From positions 640,001-704,000 of the forward strand of contig CAVUQO010000003.1 in the NCBI GenBank assembly GCA_963743635.1: a stretch of DNA of 64,000 nt, in the 5' to 3' direction. The notes beneath the pieces were generated by a model. It did not search any database, was not told the origin of the DNA, and saw only the letters and a list, made by a program, of their open reading frames with translations. Both the position numbers and the translations under genes were made by a program. This DNA is from Candidatus Babeliales bacterium (lineage in GTDB: Bacteria > Babelota > Babeliae > Babelales > Vermiphilaceae). Shown in pieces: positions 10,970 to 20,928 of this stretch. Every line of letters starts with the position of its first letter. Positions within the stretch are counted from its first letter, which is position 1.

Positions 10970-12382
10970 ATGAAAACAGTGGTTATAATTATGCTTGGCT
11001 CAACGATGCACGCGCTCCTTGCAACGATTATCTCATTCGTGGTGGGATTGCCAGGCGCCTATTATCTTGCTCGTTACGCGATGCCGTATAGATCATTTGT
11101 GCTCTCTGCGTGCACTATTGCATCCATGATGCCGACAAAATTGGTAGCCTCGAGCATCGTGTTCTGGTTTCATGGCTCCGGCTCCTGGGCTATTTTGGTT
11201 GCCTATTGCATGCTCAATATTCCATTTGTGATCGCGGTTTGCGTTAATATCTTTACGTATCGGGATGCTACCATAGAGGAACTTGCCTATGATGCGGGAG
11301 CCACATGGTATCAGGCGTATCGCAGCGTGGTGTTGCCCATTCTCTGGCCATCAATCATTTCGCTCGCGGGATTGATCTTTGTGCTTTGTTTTACGAACGT
11401 TTCTATTCCGCTCATTCTGGGTAATAATCCGTGGCATTACACGTGCGATATGATGATGGTTGAGTGCCATGCTCGCGGGGCATACGATCTGTGTGCATTG
11501 TATGGCGCACTGCGCATTATCGTGAAGGCGTTCATTTTATATCGCTGTACCGCGGGAGGCATTTCCGTGATTCCGCCACTCTCGCATGCAGTTGCAGTGC
11601 GCGCGATACCCGTAAGCAATGCTGGATGGTGGTCAGTTTATTGGATTGCTGTAGCCGCACTGCTCAGTGCGCCCTGGTTTACGATGTTTCGCGCATTGTG
11701 GCAGTGGCCGCAGGGTGAATTTTCAGTTTCCCCCGGAGTCTATAATGCATTGGTGCATAGCGTGCATGCTGCATGCATCGGAGGATGTATAGCAGTATTA
11801 TTTGGGTATCTTTTGCTTCTTCTTTCATTAGAAAAAAGCAGATCGCTCATCGCATTACTCACGATGATTCCTTTTTTCCTGGGGAGTGTTGGCTGTAGTA
11901 TTGCATCAATCGTTGGCGTGCGTTGCGGCATTTATTCACCACTTGTGGCCGCTATAATTTGCTACAGCATCATGTATTATCCCTATGTATATCGCATACT
12001 CAGTATGCATATGCCATTCTATAATCCGCGCTGGCATGAGGTGGCGCGCAGTTATGGGGCAACCCGTTGGGATATTCAGCGGCATCACATTATACCATTC
12101 ATACGTTCAGGATTACTTCGTGCATGGTACCTCGTATGTGTTCTTGGTGTTACGGAAGTGGGAGCAGGCGCAGTGCTTGCAGCAGAGGGATGGATCACTA
12201 TGCCGGTACTTATGCGAGAACATATTGCGCAGGGGCAGTATGAGCAAGCCTGGGCATTATATGGATTGATCGTTCTGGTACTGCTTATTGCGAGTTTGCT
12301 GCTCTTCCTGGTAGGGCTTCTTCTGGATCATGTTTTAATATTTTTACGTTCGGTGAAAACGGAAACGTGCATATTCCGATGA
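10970..12382 (+). CDS. ABC transporter permease with two TM type-1 domains (FbpB/ThiP-like); no partner genes nearby
   Basis: Two EAA-like loops (EELAYDAGAT, HEVARSYGAT); highly hydrophobic. Confidence 0.75.
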   Translation: MKTVVIIMLGSTMHALLATIISFVVGLPGAYYLARYAMPYRSFVLSACTIASMMPTKLVASSIVFWFHGSGSWAILVAYCMLNIPFVIAVCVNIFTYRDATIEELAYDAGATWYQAYRSVVLPILWPSIISLAGLIFVLCFTNVSIPLILGNNPWHYTCDMMMVECHARGAYDLCALYGALRIIVKAFILYRCTAGGISVIPPLSHAVAVRAIPVSNAGWWSVYWIAVAALLSAPWFTMFRALWQWPQGEFSVSPGVYNALVHSVHAACIGGCIAVLFGYLLLLLSLEKSRSLIALLTMIPFFLGSVGCSIASIVGVRCGIYSPLVAAIICYSIMYYPYVYRILSMHMPFYNPRWHEVARSYGATRWDIQRHHIIPFIRSGLLRAWYLVCVLGVTEVGAGAVLAAEGWITMPVLMREHIAQGQYEQAWALYGLIVLVLLIASLLLFLVGLLLDHVLIFLRSVKTETCIFR

Positions 12383-13458
12383 TTATTGCTCACGTTAATA
12401 ATTTTTAAATGCGGCGTTATCTGCTTATCCATGATGGTAATCGCGTGTAATTGATTATTGCGCAGATTAAGCATTTGCAATTGCTCAAGGCCATGGAGTG
12501 TTTCGCTCGTGATAATAGTCAGCTTATTGTTACTCAGATCAAGATGTTCTAAATGGTGCAATGCATGGAACACATTTTGAGCGTGGGCTCTATTTTTAGT
12601 GCCCGATTTCTTTTTGGCAGGCAGCAGGGTGAGTTTATTATGGCTCAAATTGAGTTTGATAAGATGTGTGAGTGGATCAAATACATCTACATTAATGGTT
12701 GGTAACACATTGTTGCTGATATCGAGATTTTTTAAATGATGTAAATCATTAAATGCGCCAAAACCAAGCCATTCAAGCTTGTTATAGGAAATATTCAATT
12801 CTTCGAGTGCATGAAGATTGAAGCAAGAATTTTTGTCAAAGTGGGGCATAACGTTATGGCTCAGGTTAAGCGTATGTAAGTGAGTTAGATGACTGAAAGT
12901 TTTTGCCTTGATGCTTGAAAGATGATTAAAACTGAGATCAAGATTTTTCAGATGACTCAATGCATTAAAATTATTGATGTGTAAAAGCGATATTTCATTA
13001 TGACTCAGATTGAGTGAGTGTACCGATTTGATGGAGGGTATTTCTTCGATGCCATCAAGATCGGCAATATGAAGATAGGATAAATCAAGCTCGCCATTCT
13101 CGCTGATAGCCCGTCCGAGGCGATCATGTTTAATGAGAATACGCAGTGGAAATGAAATCTTGTCATTCTGTAGATCAAGTACCCTGCCATATAACAGGTA
13201 ATAACAGCGTGCAACGCCATAGCGCAATGATGGGCTTGCGTGATCAATAATGTCTTGCGGCGTTATTTTTCCTAAATGCAGCGCGCGTGCAATTATTTCT
13301 TCATATTCTTCTTTTTGTTTTGGATGCAGTTCTGTGTAGGCCTCTTCATCGAATGAATATGCCGTTTTAATGAGGGGCATATGCAATGAGGTGAATTCCA
13401 GTGCGGCGTTGAGTGAGGTGAGGGTACAGGCTATAAGAACGATCAATGATATACGCAT
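12328..13458 (-). CDS. secreted leucine-rich repeat protein
   Basis: Signal peptide, then about nine 24-aa repeats LxxLxLSxNxLxxI (e.g. LSHLKNLDLSFNHLSSI). Confidence 0.92.
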   Translation of the reverse strand: MRISLIVLIACTLTSLNAALEFTSLHMPLIKTAYSFDEEAYTELHPKQKEEYEEIIARALHLGKITPQDIIDHASPSLRYGVARCYYLLYGRVLDLQNDKISFPLRILIKHDRLGRAISENGELDLSYLHIADLDGIEEIPSIKSVHSLNLSHNEISLLHINNFNALSHLKNLDLSFNHLSSIKAKTFSHLTHLHTLNLSHNVMPHFDKNSCFNLHALEELNISYNKLEWLGFGAFNDLHHLKNLDISNNVLPTINVDVFDPLTHLIKLNLSHNKLTLLPAKKKSGTKNRAHAQNVFHALHHLEHLDLSNNKLTIITSETLHGLEQLQMLNLRNNQLHAITIMDKQITPHLKIINVSNNHRNMHVSVFTERKNIKT

Positions 13459-13542
13459 GAGAGACTCTCCGTTTTTGGGATTATGAGTTATCTCAATGCT
13501 ATAGGAATGGCATGTGCGAAGACAATGGTTTGCGTGAGAATA

Positions 13543-15138
13543 TTACCTATGCAGTGCCCGATATGCATCATCGACCGTTTCAAATACCAAGTTATTCTTC
13601 TCCAGTTTCTTACACTGGCTTGATATTGAAAGGAGCAGATTTTTAATCAAGGGATTAATTGCAGCGAGGGCTACTTTTTTATCTTGTTTATGCATGTTTT
13701 CTATGATTTCATCAATGGCGTCGACGCCGTCGATATCGATAAAAAATACATCTTCCATATCAAGAATAACGTTGTGATATCCTTCGAAATCCGTTTCAAA
13801 GCGTACGACGTGGGATTGGCTATTAAGGTAGGATAATTTTCCTTTAAAGTGGTAAATCAGTACATCTGTTTGCTCACCAGGAGGTAACACTGCATGAGGA
13901 GCATACGCTTCTTTATTTCCACCACGCGTGAGTCGCGTTACTTCATAATGTCCGTGTGATAATTTCTCAACGAAAAAGAGTAATGAGATGACCGCACCGC
14001 CAAAAATACCAATGATGGGATCCTTATATACGGTAATCAGAGCAACCAAAATAGAAATAGAAAAATTGATTTTATCATGCGCAAAGAGCCGCGCAAAATG
14101 TTGGCGTTCGATCATGTTGACTGCAACATGCACCAAGATGGCAGCAATGACGGCCATCGGCATATAGGTAAAATAAGGAAGACAGAGAGCGGATAGCGCT
14201 GCGATGAAGAGACTGCTAAAGGTTGCAGACACTTTGCTCTTTGCCCCTGTTTTAACGTTTAAAACGGTGCGGGCAAGAGCAGCAGTAGCAGGAATCCCAC
14301 CAACAAGCCCTGAGCAGATATTTGCCAAGCTTAACCCCAGCAATTCTTGATGACTGTTGTGTTTTGTTTTGGTCAATCCATCCGCAATTTTTGCTGATAA
14401 TATGGTTTCGATAATCGCGATTAAGGCAATGATAAATGCGGGCCAGAGGATGTCCGTAGAAAATGCGCAGGGAGAAAGTCGAAAAAGTTGGATATGTAGT
14501 GCGCCATATTGAGTACCGAGTGTTTCGAGCGATAAACTGGGGGCTGCATATCCGAGTAGAATGCCTAAAGGTGCGAGAATAACTGCGGGCGGTATGCCCA
14601 GAACGAATCTACGCAGTATAAATTGAGCTAAAAAGAAGCCTAAAAATACTAAAAAGGTTGTATTCGAAAACTGAGAGCTATGCCGTAACGCTTCCCAAAT
14701 ATTTTTGATGAGTTCTTTATGAGCGGGTATGTTGCGCAAGCCCAATGCAAAATTGAGCTGACTAAATCCAATAATGCCGGCAACGCCGAGGGTAAATCCG
14801 TGAATAACGCTCGAAGGGATGAAAATAAGATAGCGTTCAAAATGTAAAAAGTAGGCAATTAAGATCATAATGCCCGCCACAAACGCAAGCATGCTGACCG
14901 ATTCAATACCCTGATTCAGTACGAATGACGCGATGATGCCCGATAATGCGCCCGTTGGGCCGATGATATTATAATTGCTCCCGCCAAAAAGCGAGGCTGT
15001 AAATCCCGCAAAAATTGCAGTAATAATTCCTTGAATGGGCGATACATGGGAGGCTACCGCTAAAGAAATGGATAACGGAATTGAAATGAGTGCTACGGTG
15101 AGACCGGATTTCCAATTGGATTGTATTTTTTTTAACAT
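13543..15138 (-). CDS. SulP-family inorganic anion transporter with STAS domain
   Basis: GLTVALISIPLSISLA, IGPTGA, GGIPATAALART motifs; C-terminal VILDMEDVFFIDIDG STAS motif. Confidence 0.93.
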   Translation of the reverse strand: MLKKIQSNWKSGLTVALISIPLSISLAVASHVSPIQGIITAIFAGFTASLFGGSNYNIIGPTGALSGIIASFVLNQGIESVSMLAFVAGIMILIAYFLHFERYLIFIPSSVIHGFTLGVAGIIGFSQLNFALGLRNIPAHKELIKNIWEALRHSSQFSNTTFLVFLGFFLAQFILRRFVLGIPPAVILAPLGILLGYAAPSLSLETLGTQYGALHIQLFRLSPCAFSTDILWPAFIIALIAIIETILSAKIADGLTKTKHNSHQELLGLSLANICSGLVGGIPATAALARTVLNVKTGAKSKVSATFSSLFIAALSALCLPYFTYMPMAVIAAILVHVAVNMIERQHFARLFAHDKINFSISILVALITVYKDPIIGIFGGAVISLLFFVEKLSHGHYEVTRLTRGGNKEAYAPHAVLPPGEQTDVLIYHFKGKLSYLNSQSHVVRFETDFEGYHNVILDMEDVFFIDIDGVDAIDEIIENMHKQDKKVALAAINPLIKNLLLSISSQCKKLEKNNLVFETVDDAYRALHR

Positions 15139-15368
15139 GGGTTTCCCCTTTTTGATAACGCATTAATAAACGCATACCTTAAGGGTTCCATATTAGTTGA
15201 AAAAGTGCAATAAGATTCGGCACAAGATGAGATATTATGTATGTATTACTTATGCCTTACGAGATAAGACTCTTGGTTGTGCGTAACCAGTGTGTACTGA
15301 TCTTGCGCCGGTAAATAAAAACCCCGGATTTGATTCGGGGTGAATGAATAACGTTCCTTGCGCTCAAG

Positions 15369-15665
15369 TTACACTGGCCAGATGTCGTATTCAGTATTTG
15401 AGTGTATACTCAGTAGCTTAATGCATTCGATATTCTTCGATCTGAGCGCGCGCGCGATGTTACTGTCGTCGCAAAGAGCATTTAATTGATCAACGCTTAG
15501 GGTGAAAAAGATGACGTTCTCGGATTCAGGGTGCTTGATGATTAACGTGGTCCCGGGTGAATATACCGTATTATCTTGTAAGATGAATTGTAATAGTCCT
15601 TGTGCCTCCGCCATCGAAATAGGACCATTGGGTATTTGTATTGGACATACAACTATATGTGTCAT
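15369..15665 (-). CDS. hypothetical protein (island)
   Basis: 98-aa ORF with AAGGA RBS, followed by the hairpin ACCCCGGATTTGATTCGGGGT. Confidence 0.55.
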   Translation of the reverse strand: MTHIVVCPIQIPNGPISMAEAQGLLQFILQDNTVYSPGTTLIIKHPESENVIFFTLSVDQLNALCDDSNIARALRSKNIECIKLLSIHSNTEYDIWPV

Positions 15666-15752
15666 AATAATCCTTCAGGAAAATGGTTTTCAATTAGTTT
15701 TTCGTAGTATTAGGACGGTATTTTAATCGAGATATCGTTATTAAGCCAGGCA

Positions 15753-18700
15753 TTAATTTAAAACATTTGTATAATCGAAGGTTTTTAAAGCGGTTTCATT
15801 GATGTCACGTTCTGATTTTAATGCGTGAACAAAGGTGAATTTCCATTTTTGTTCCATGGACATAACATTAAATCCAAGGCGATGCAGCAATAGCTTGAAA
15901 GCATCGTGAGGTATGCGCGAGGTGGGCTCAGCGATCCAGAGGTGCCCGTCAAGTTTAAGGCATCGATGGGCTTCTCGAATATAGTCAATGGAATTTGTTC
16001 CCATTAGGGATAAAGAGAAGACAGCGGCGTCAAGTAAGCTGTCCGCTATAGGAACGCGTTTCATGTCACACGCAACCACCTGATCACTAATCGCTATGTG
16101 GTCAAAAGAGTAAACCTGATTTTGCAGCTCTTTAGCTAAGAATGCTTCTCCGCATCCGAAATCTCCAATGATCCAAGAGGGTCTTTTTTTAAGCCAGATT
16201 ATAGCTTCTTGGTATGGAACAATAGGCCACTCATGCCTTTCTTCTCGGTAAGCAGCATGATAGGATTCCCACTCTGCGGGATTCTTGAAAAACCTTTCAT
16301 GTGTTTGTGTGCTAGAACTACTATTGATGCGTTGATTCATCAGTGTTAATGTGCCCAATTTTCGTTTATTGCTGATCGCTATATCGTTCACCAGGGGTAT
16401 AATAATTTTGCGCCGTTCAATTGTCTTTAGATCGCCACGATCAAGTTGTTGAATCCAGGTTGTTAGGTATTCTTGAGCCTGCATTGCTGCTATATGGTCT
16501 TCTTCAGGAATAATGCCATCAACGATCATATCAGCCATTTTTCGTTTCGACTTTATTATATTCAAACGTGCTTCACAGTAAGAAAAACGATTGCCGTTCA
16601 TGTTAAAAAAAGTAAGTGGAAATATGACGTTGACAAAAGATTTTTTTTGTCCCGGTCGATACACTCTTGCTTGTAGTTGTTCAAGGATAGCATATGTCCA
16701 AGGCAGCGAGTTAATAATCAATGTATTACACACTTCTTGTAAACCATCTATGCCCGTTGAGATGCAACTAGAAGCAATCAATACATCAGCATCGCCGTTT
16801 TTGAATGTTTGAAGCCCTGATTTGTCACTTTCACTGTAAATACATACTCGAAGGCCACGTTGTTCAATTGCTCTGCGAAGTAATTCTAAGACTTTTCCTT
16901 TGTTGTGATACTGATTATAAATAATGGTTTTTTCTTCTAAATTGTTAAGAATAAAAGGAAGCTTTGCTTCTGTTAAGACTTCATCTAGTTCGGCAGAATA
17001 TTGCCCTACGCGTCGGCGGCCTTTTTCATCGAGTACAATAGGAGCAATGCGAGAAAGTAATGAAGTTGCATCAATTTCTTCTGTTATGTGATTGAGAACG
17101 CAAGCCTCTCCATCGGGGGTCGTTACCAGAGTCTTATCACGGATACCATGAATCACAAGCTTTTGATGGAGCTTTATGTTGTTGGAAAAGGTCTTTCTAG
17201 TAGATAAATCATTATGTTCTTCGCCTGTTAAGAGCTCAATCAGTTTTTTGCCTTCTGTAATATTGTTGATAACAGGCGTACCAGTCATTGCTAGGATATG
17301 AATGTTTTCATTCTTTTGACCCGCTTCATATCGAAAGGCATCAATAGTATCTTTACGTTTAGACGGAGTGCTTTCATCTCTTTGTTTTGCGTAATGCACC
17401 TCATCAATGATAATAAAATCAATGACGTGATCCTGTAAAAATGCTTGTAATTTGGATGAAGCGTTGCGTTGTTGAAAGAACTCGTAATTTAAAATTACAT
17501 AGAGATTTTTAGCAGAACTGTATTTTTTTAAATTCAGTTCTTTTATAAGAACTGTGCTGTCTGGATATATTTGCCTAAAGTCTTTCAGCCAAGTGCCGAT
17601 GACATTATTAGGACAGCATACAACTGTAATTCGCGCATTAATAACTCGGCTTGCTAAAATGGCTGCGAGAGTTTTTCCTGCTCCCGGTCCCGACCAATTA
17701 GCTATTTTTTTTCGATCTCTCACTAAACAGGCTAAGAGTTTCTGCATAAGACGTGGGGGATGCTTAAAGCTGTATCCTTTTGGAATTATTAACTCTTTTG
17801 TTTTTTGATAATCGCATAGGAACGTGTCTTTAGCAGATTTATCATACAAGCCTTCGCTATGATACTGTTCAAGTGCCTGAGTTGCATTTTCTTCGTTAGC
17901 AAAAGCGCATCGCCAAATTTTATCTATGGCTGATTTAATAAGATATTCAATAGCTTCAATATCGCATCCCGCGAGTATATGGGGGTTATTAAGCAAACTA
18001 AGGGTTTCGTGTATCGTCGTGCATGCATTGCTTCTATGATTATCATTTCTATCAGCGTTAAGACCCATATCGTTGAAAGCTTTCTGTAAACGATTTAGCT
18101 TTTCCTCTTGACTTTCCATATCTGAGGTTTCATCGATAAGTTCATCGACTAAGGAAGGCTGTGCGTTGGCAAATTTTTGAAGTTCTTGCAAAGGAATTTT
18201 GTCTTTTAGAATTGCTTGGACAATTAATTTACCTTTGCCTGCACAATCCAATAATCCATTTGCTTGCTGCATGATAACGTGCAATTCCATAATGGTCATT
18301 GTAAGTAAGTGAGAATCAAGACCTCGTAGAAATAAACGAATTTTATCTATGGTCCAGCCCGAATTGCATAAGGGACAGCCGGTACCATTTCCTGTTCGAT
18401 CGCAACAAGCAGCTTGCCATTCATGTATTGGATCCTTAATGCATAGCCACCATACCTTTTTATTACTTCCTGCGCTAACTTCAGTAGCCTTTAGAGACTC
18501 ATTTTTTATAGGATGCCATTCTTTTGTAATATCAGGATGCGTAATTGCTAGACTGTTTTTTGGTAAGACTTTATGACCAGAGCAAAAAGGGCAACCGTAT
18601 TCATTCTTAGCTCTATCTACACACCTCGTTTGCCACTCATGGTCAGGGTCGTTAAGACATTGCCACCATATTCTTTTGGTGCTTCCAGGAACTATTTCTC

Positions 18701-19442
18701 TAGGTGATAATTTGTTTTTTTGAGGATGCCATTCAGGGACAAGATGGGGGTAAGTTAGGGCGAGAGAAGTCTCTAGTGTTGGTTTTTTGCCAGTACAAAA
18801 GGGACATTTGCTTGTTTTTTTTGTACGATCCTTGCACGTAGCCTGCCACTCATGACTTACATTTTTTAAGCATAACCACCAAACTTTTTTACCACTTCCG
18901 GGTGTGATATTTATGGGAGAGAGAGGTTCGTTCTTAACGATATCCCATTCTTTTGCAATATCGGGATACAGAAAACTTAAACTACTTTCTAAAGAAACCT
19001 TTTTATTATCACAAAAAGGACAGTTTTGGCCTTGTATGGTGCGGTTGCCAACTGCAGCCTGCCATTCATGAGCAGAATTTATTGGACAAATCCACCATGC
19101 TGAATATGCACTGCCACGAGTAACATCGTACGGAGACTTCTTGCCATTTTTAGTAGGGTGCCATTGTGTAGCTAATGCAGGGTATAGCGTTGCTAAACAA
19201 TTGGTTATATGGACGCGGCGACCAGAACAAAAAGGGCATTTGCTTTTGTTTTTTCCTGTGCGATCGCTGCAGGTTGCTTGCCATTCGTGGGCAATGTCTG
19301 TACTGCATAGCCACCAATATTTTGTATTGCCTCCTGCAGTTATCTCATTCGGGGTTAACTCACCGTTTTTAGTGGGATGCCATTGCAACGTAAGTTCGGG
19401 GTGGGAGATAGATAAAGTAATTTTTGTTTTTTGCTTATTCAT
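15753..19442 (-). CDS. fusion of five Zn-ribbon repeats (DUF4379-like), an SF2 DExH helicase and an RRP8/Methyltransf_8-like SAM methyltransferase
   Basis: Repeats WHPTKN...WWxC...HEWQA...R...CPFC; GPGAGKT, IIIDEVH, MTGTP, STGIDGLQ, QLQARVYRPGQ; C-terminal IGDFGCGEAFLA, ACDMKRVP, AVFSLSLMGTN, EAHRCLKLDGHLWIAE. Confidence 0.88.
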   Translation of the reverse strand: MNKQKTKITLSISHPELTLQWHPTKNGELTPNEITAGGNTKYWWLCSTDIAHEWQATCSDRTGKNKSKCPFCSGRRVHITNCLATLYPALATQWHPTKNGKKSPYDVTRGSAYSAWWICPINSAHEWQAAVGNRTIQGQNCPFCDNKKVSLESSLSFLYPDIAKEWDIVKNEPLSPINITPGSGKKVWWLCLKNVSHEWQATCKDRTKKTSKCPFCTGKKPTLETSLALTYPHLVPEWHPQKNKLSPREIVPGSTKRIWWQCLNDPDHEWQTRCVDRAKNEYGCPFCSGHKVLPKNSLAITHPDITKEWHPIKNESLKATEVSAGSNKKVWWLCIKDPIHEWQAACCDRTGNGTGCPLCNSGWTIDKIRLFLRGLDSHLLTMTIMELHVIMQQANGLLDCAGKGKLIVQAILKDKIPLQELQKFANAQPSLVDELIDETSDMESQEEKLNRLQKAFNDMGLNADRNDNHRSNACTTIHETLSLLNNPHILAGCDIEAIEYLIKSAIDKIWRCAFANEENATQALEQYHSEGLYDKSAKDTFLCDYQKTKELIIPKGYSFKHPPRLMQKLLACLVRDRKKIANWSGPGAGKTLAAILASRVINARITVVCCPNNVIGTWLKDFRQIYPDSTVLIKELNLKKYSSAKNLYVILNYEFFQQRNASSKLQAFLQDHVIDFIIIDEVHYAKQRDESTPSKRKDTIDAFRYEAGQKNENIHILAMTGTPVINNITEGKKLIELLTGEEHNDLSTRKTFSNNIKLHQKLVIHGIRDKTLVTTPDGEACVLNHITEEIDATSLLSRIAPIVLDEKGRRRVGQYSAELDEVLTEAKLPFILNNLEEKTIIYNQYHNKGKVLELLRRAIEQRGLRVCIYSESDKSGLQTFKNGDADVLIASSCISTGIDGLQEVCNTLIINSLPWTYAILEQLQARVYRPGQKKSFVNVIFPLTFFNMNGNRFSYCEARLNIIKSKRKMADMIVDGIIPEEDHIAAMQAQEYLTTWIQQLDRGDLKTIERRKIIIPLVNDIAISNKRKLGTLTLMNQRINSSSSTQTHERFFKNPAEWESYHAAYREERHEWPIVPYQEAIIWLKKRPSWIIGDFGCGEAFLAKELQNQVYSFDHIAISDQVVACDMKRVPIADSLLDAAVFSLSLMGTNSIDYIREAHRCLKLDGHLWIAEPTSRIPHDAFKLLLHRLGFNVMSMEQKWKFTFVHALKSERDINETALKTFDYTNVLN

Positions 19443-20106
19443 GATGTGATCTTCTTTTGACAGTTCTATTTATGCTGGCACATATAGGGCATCCAGTGCC
19501 ATTGGTGCGGTTGTTTATGCTTGCGAGCCATTCATGTGCCGGATTGTTATTGCAGATCCACCACACTTTTAAACGACTACCAGCAGTGACATTGCTTGGC
19601 GTTAAGTTATCATTTTTAACTGTGTGCCATTCTTCGGTAAGTATTGTGTGTACATGAGCTAGAGAGTTTGAAATTGATGCCACGCGACCACTACAAAAAG
19701 GACAACCGCTTTGCTTGTTTGCTCGATTAACACAAGCAGTCTGCCATTCATGTGTTTGATCTTTAGGACACCGCCACCATACTCTTTGTTTGCTTCCAGC
19801 CGTGATGTCATAGGGAGATAATGGTTCATTCTTGGTAGGATGCCATTCGCTGGAGAGGGCGGGATGCGTCGTTCGTAAACAATTTGAGATATGAGCCTTG
19901 CGACCAGAGCAAATAGGGCATCCGCTTTTTTTGAGAGTCCGATCTTTACATGCAGCTAACCATTCATGTTTGAATTCTAAACAGATCCACCATACTTTTT
20001 TGTGGCTATATGCAGGCACTGTTTGTGGTGTAAGGGGAAGGTTCTTAGTTGGATGCCATTCGCGTGACAACCAGGTCTGGTCATCAATAAGAATTTTATA
20101 TTTCAT
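19435..20106 (-). CDS. Zn-ribbon repeat protein (three DUF4379-like repeats)
   Basis: Three EWHxxKN...VWWxC...HEW...CPxC units; likely start MKYK at 20106; 8-nt overlap with the helicase start. Confidence 0.85.
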   Translation of the reverse strand: MKYKILIDDQTWLSREWHPTKNLPLTPQTVPAYSHKKVWWICLEFKHEWLAACKDRTLKKSGCPICSGRKAHISNCLRTTHPALSSEWHPTKNEPLSPYDITAGSKQRVWWRCPKDQTHEWQTACVNRANKQSGCPFCSGRVASISNSLAHVHTILTEEWHTVKNDNLTPSNVTAGSRLKVWWICNNNPAHEWLASINNRTNGTGCPICASINRTVKRRSHHE

Positions 20107-20206
20107 TATGAGAATTCCGAATGTATGTTTTTGTACTTGTTTTATTGCAAAAATAAGAGTACGCTTCTTCCCCAATAAGTCAATTCAATTTTCAGGAGAA
20201 ATAACA

Positions 20207-20530
20207 ATGGAATTAAAAGAGTTCACCAAAGCTGTAGTAAGGCAAGTGGTTGAGGGCGTGCAAGAAGTCAGTGATGAGCTAGGTCGTGAAATATGCATAG
20301 CGAAACCTCAGGACAATAGATCAATAGAGCTGGATATTGCGTTTACTGTAGAGAGCTCCATTAGGGGCGGAGCGGGTATAAAGATATTCAATGTGGTAGA
20401 TTTTGGTGGAAATGGTGAGAGCAAAAATTCATCAATTCACAGAATAAAACTAGGGGTCTATGTAGCATCGTCAAATAAAACTGAACAAAAAGACCATCGG
20501 AAGATGTTGAGCAATCTTATACGCGACTGA
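20207..20530 (+). CDS. small hypothetical protein, Trypco2-like pattern
   Basis: AGGAG RBS then ATG 20207; MELKEF...IELDIAFTV...GGAGIKIFNVVDFGG...HRIKL. Confidence 0.55.
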   Translation: MELKEFTKAVVRQVVEGVQEVSDELGREICIAKPQDNRSIELDIAFTVESSIRGGAGIKIFNVVDFGGNGESKNSSIHRIKLGVYVASSNKTEQKDHRKMLSNLIRD

Positions 20531-20540
20531 TCGGCTAACA

Positions 20541-20571
20541 GGAAGCGCCTCGGATGATCCGAGGCGCTTCC
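20541..20571. terminator. perfect GC-rich hairpin between convergent genes
   Basis: GGAAGCGCCTCGGAT-G-ATCCGAGGCGCTTCC, 15-bp perfect inverted repeat. Confidence 0.7.
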
Positions 20572-20590
20572 AATCAATGAATGACGTATG

Positions 20591-20788
20591 CTATTTTATG
20601 TTGAATAATTCGTCTTCGGCTTGAAGTAGGTCATTGTATGCCTTGGATGCATTCCTAAGTTCTTCTAATGTAAGTCCGCGCTCAAGGATGGGTGGGTTGT
20701 TTAAAGGAACTAGCGCGCTTAACACTTGAATCTTCTGTACAAGGACCTTGATTCTGTCATGGACATTCAGGTTTTCTATTGATGTCAT
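20591..20788 (-). CDS. small hypothetical protein (island)
   Basis: 65-aa ORF with AAGGA RBS upstream. Confidence 0.5.
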   Translation of the reverse strand: MTSIENLNVHDRIKVLVQKIQVLSALVPLNNPPILERGLTLEELRNASKAYNDLLQAEDELFNIK

Positions 20789-20928
20789 TTAGTGTTCCTT
20801 TCATCAAAAACTGATATATGAGGGTGGTTTTAAACCGTATCTAATTCAGTGTAGGATTCGTGTAATCATAAACAAGTGGTAACTATATGTCAGCCGCAGG
20901 TAGGTTTATATGAGGATATTGAACGGCG

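Noticed and set aside
12328..12382. 55-bp tail-to-tail overlap of the permease and LRR genes as antisense regulation
   Set aside because: Short convergent overlaps are common and nothing else supports a function.
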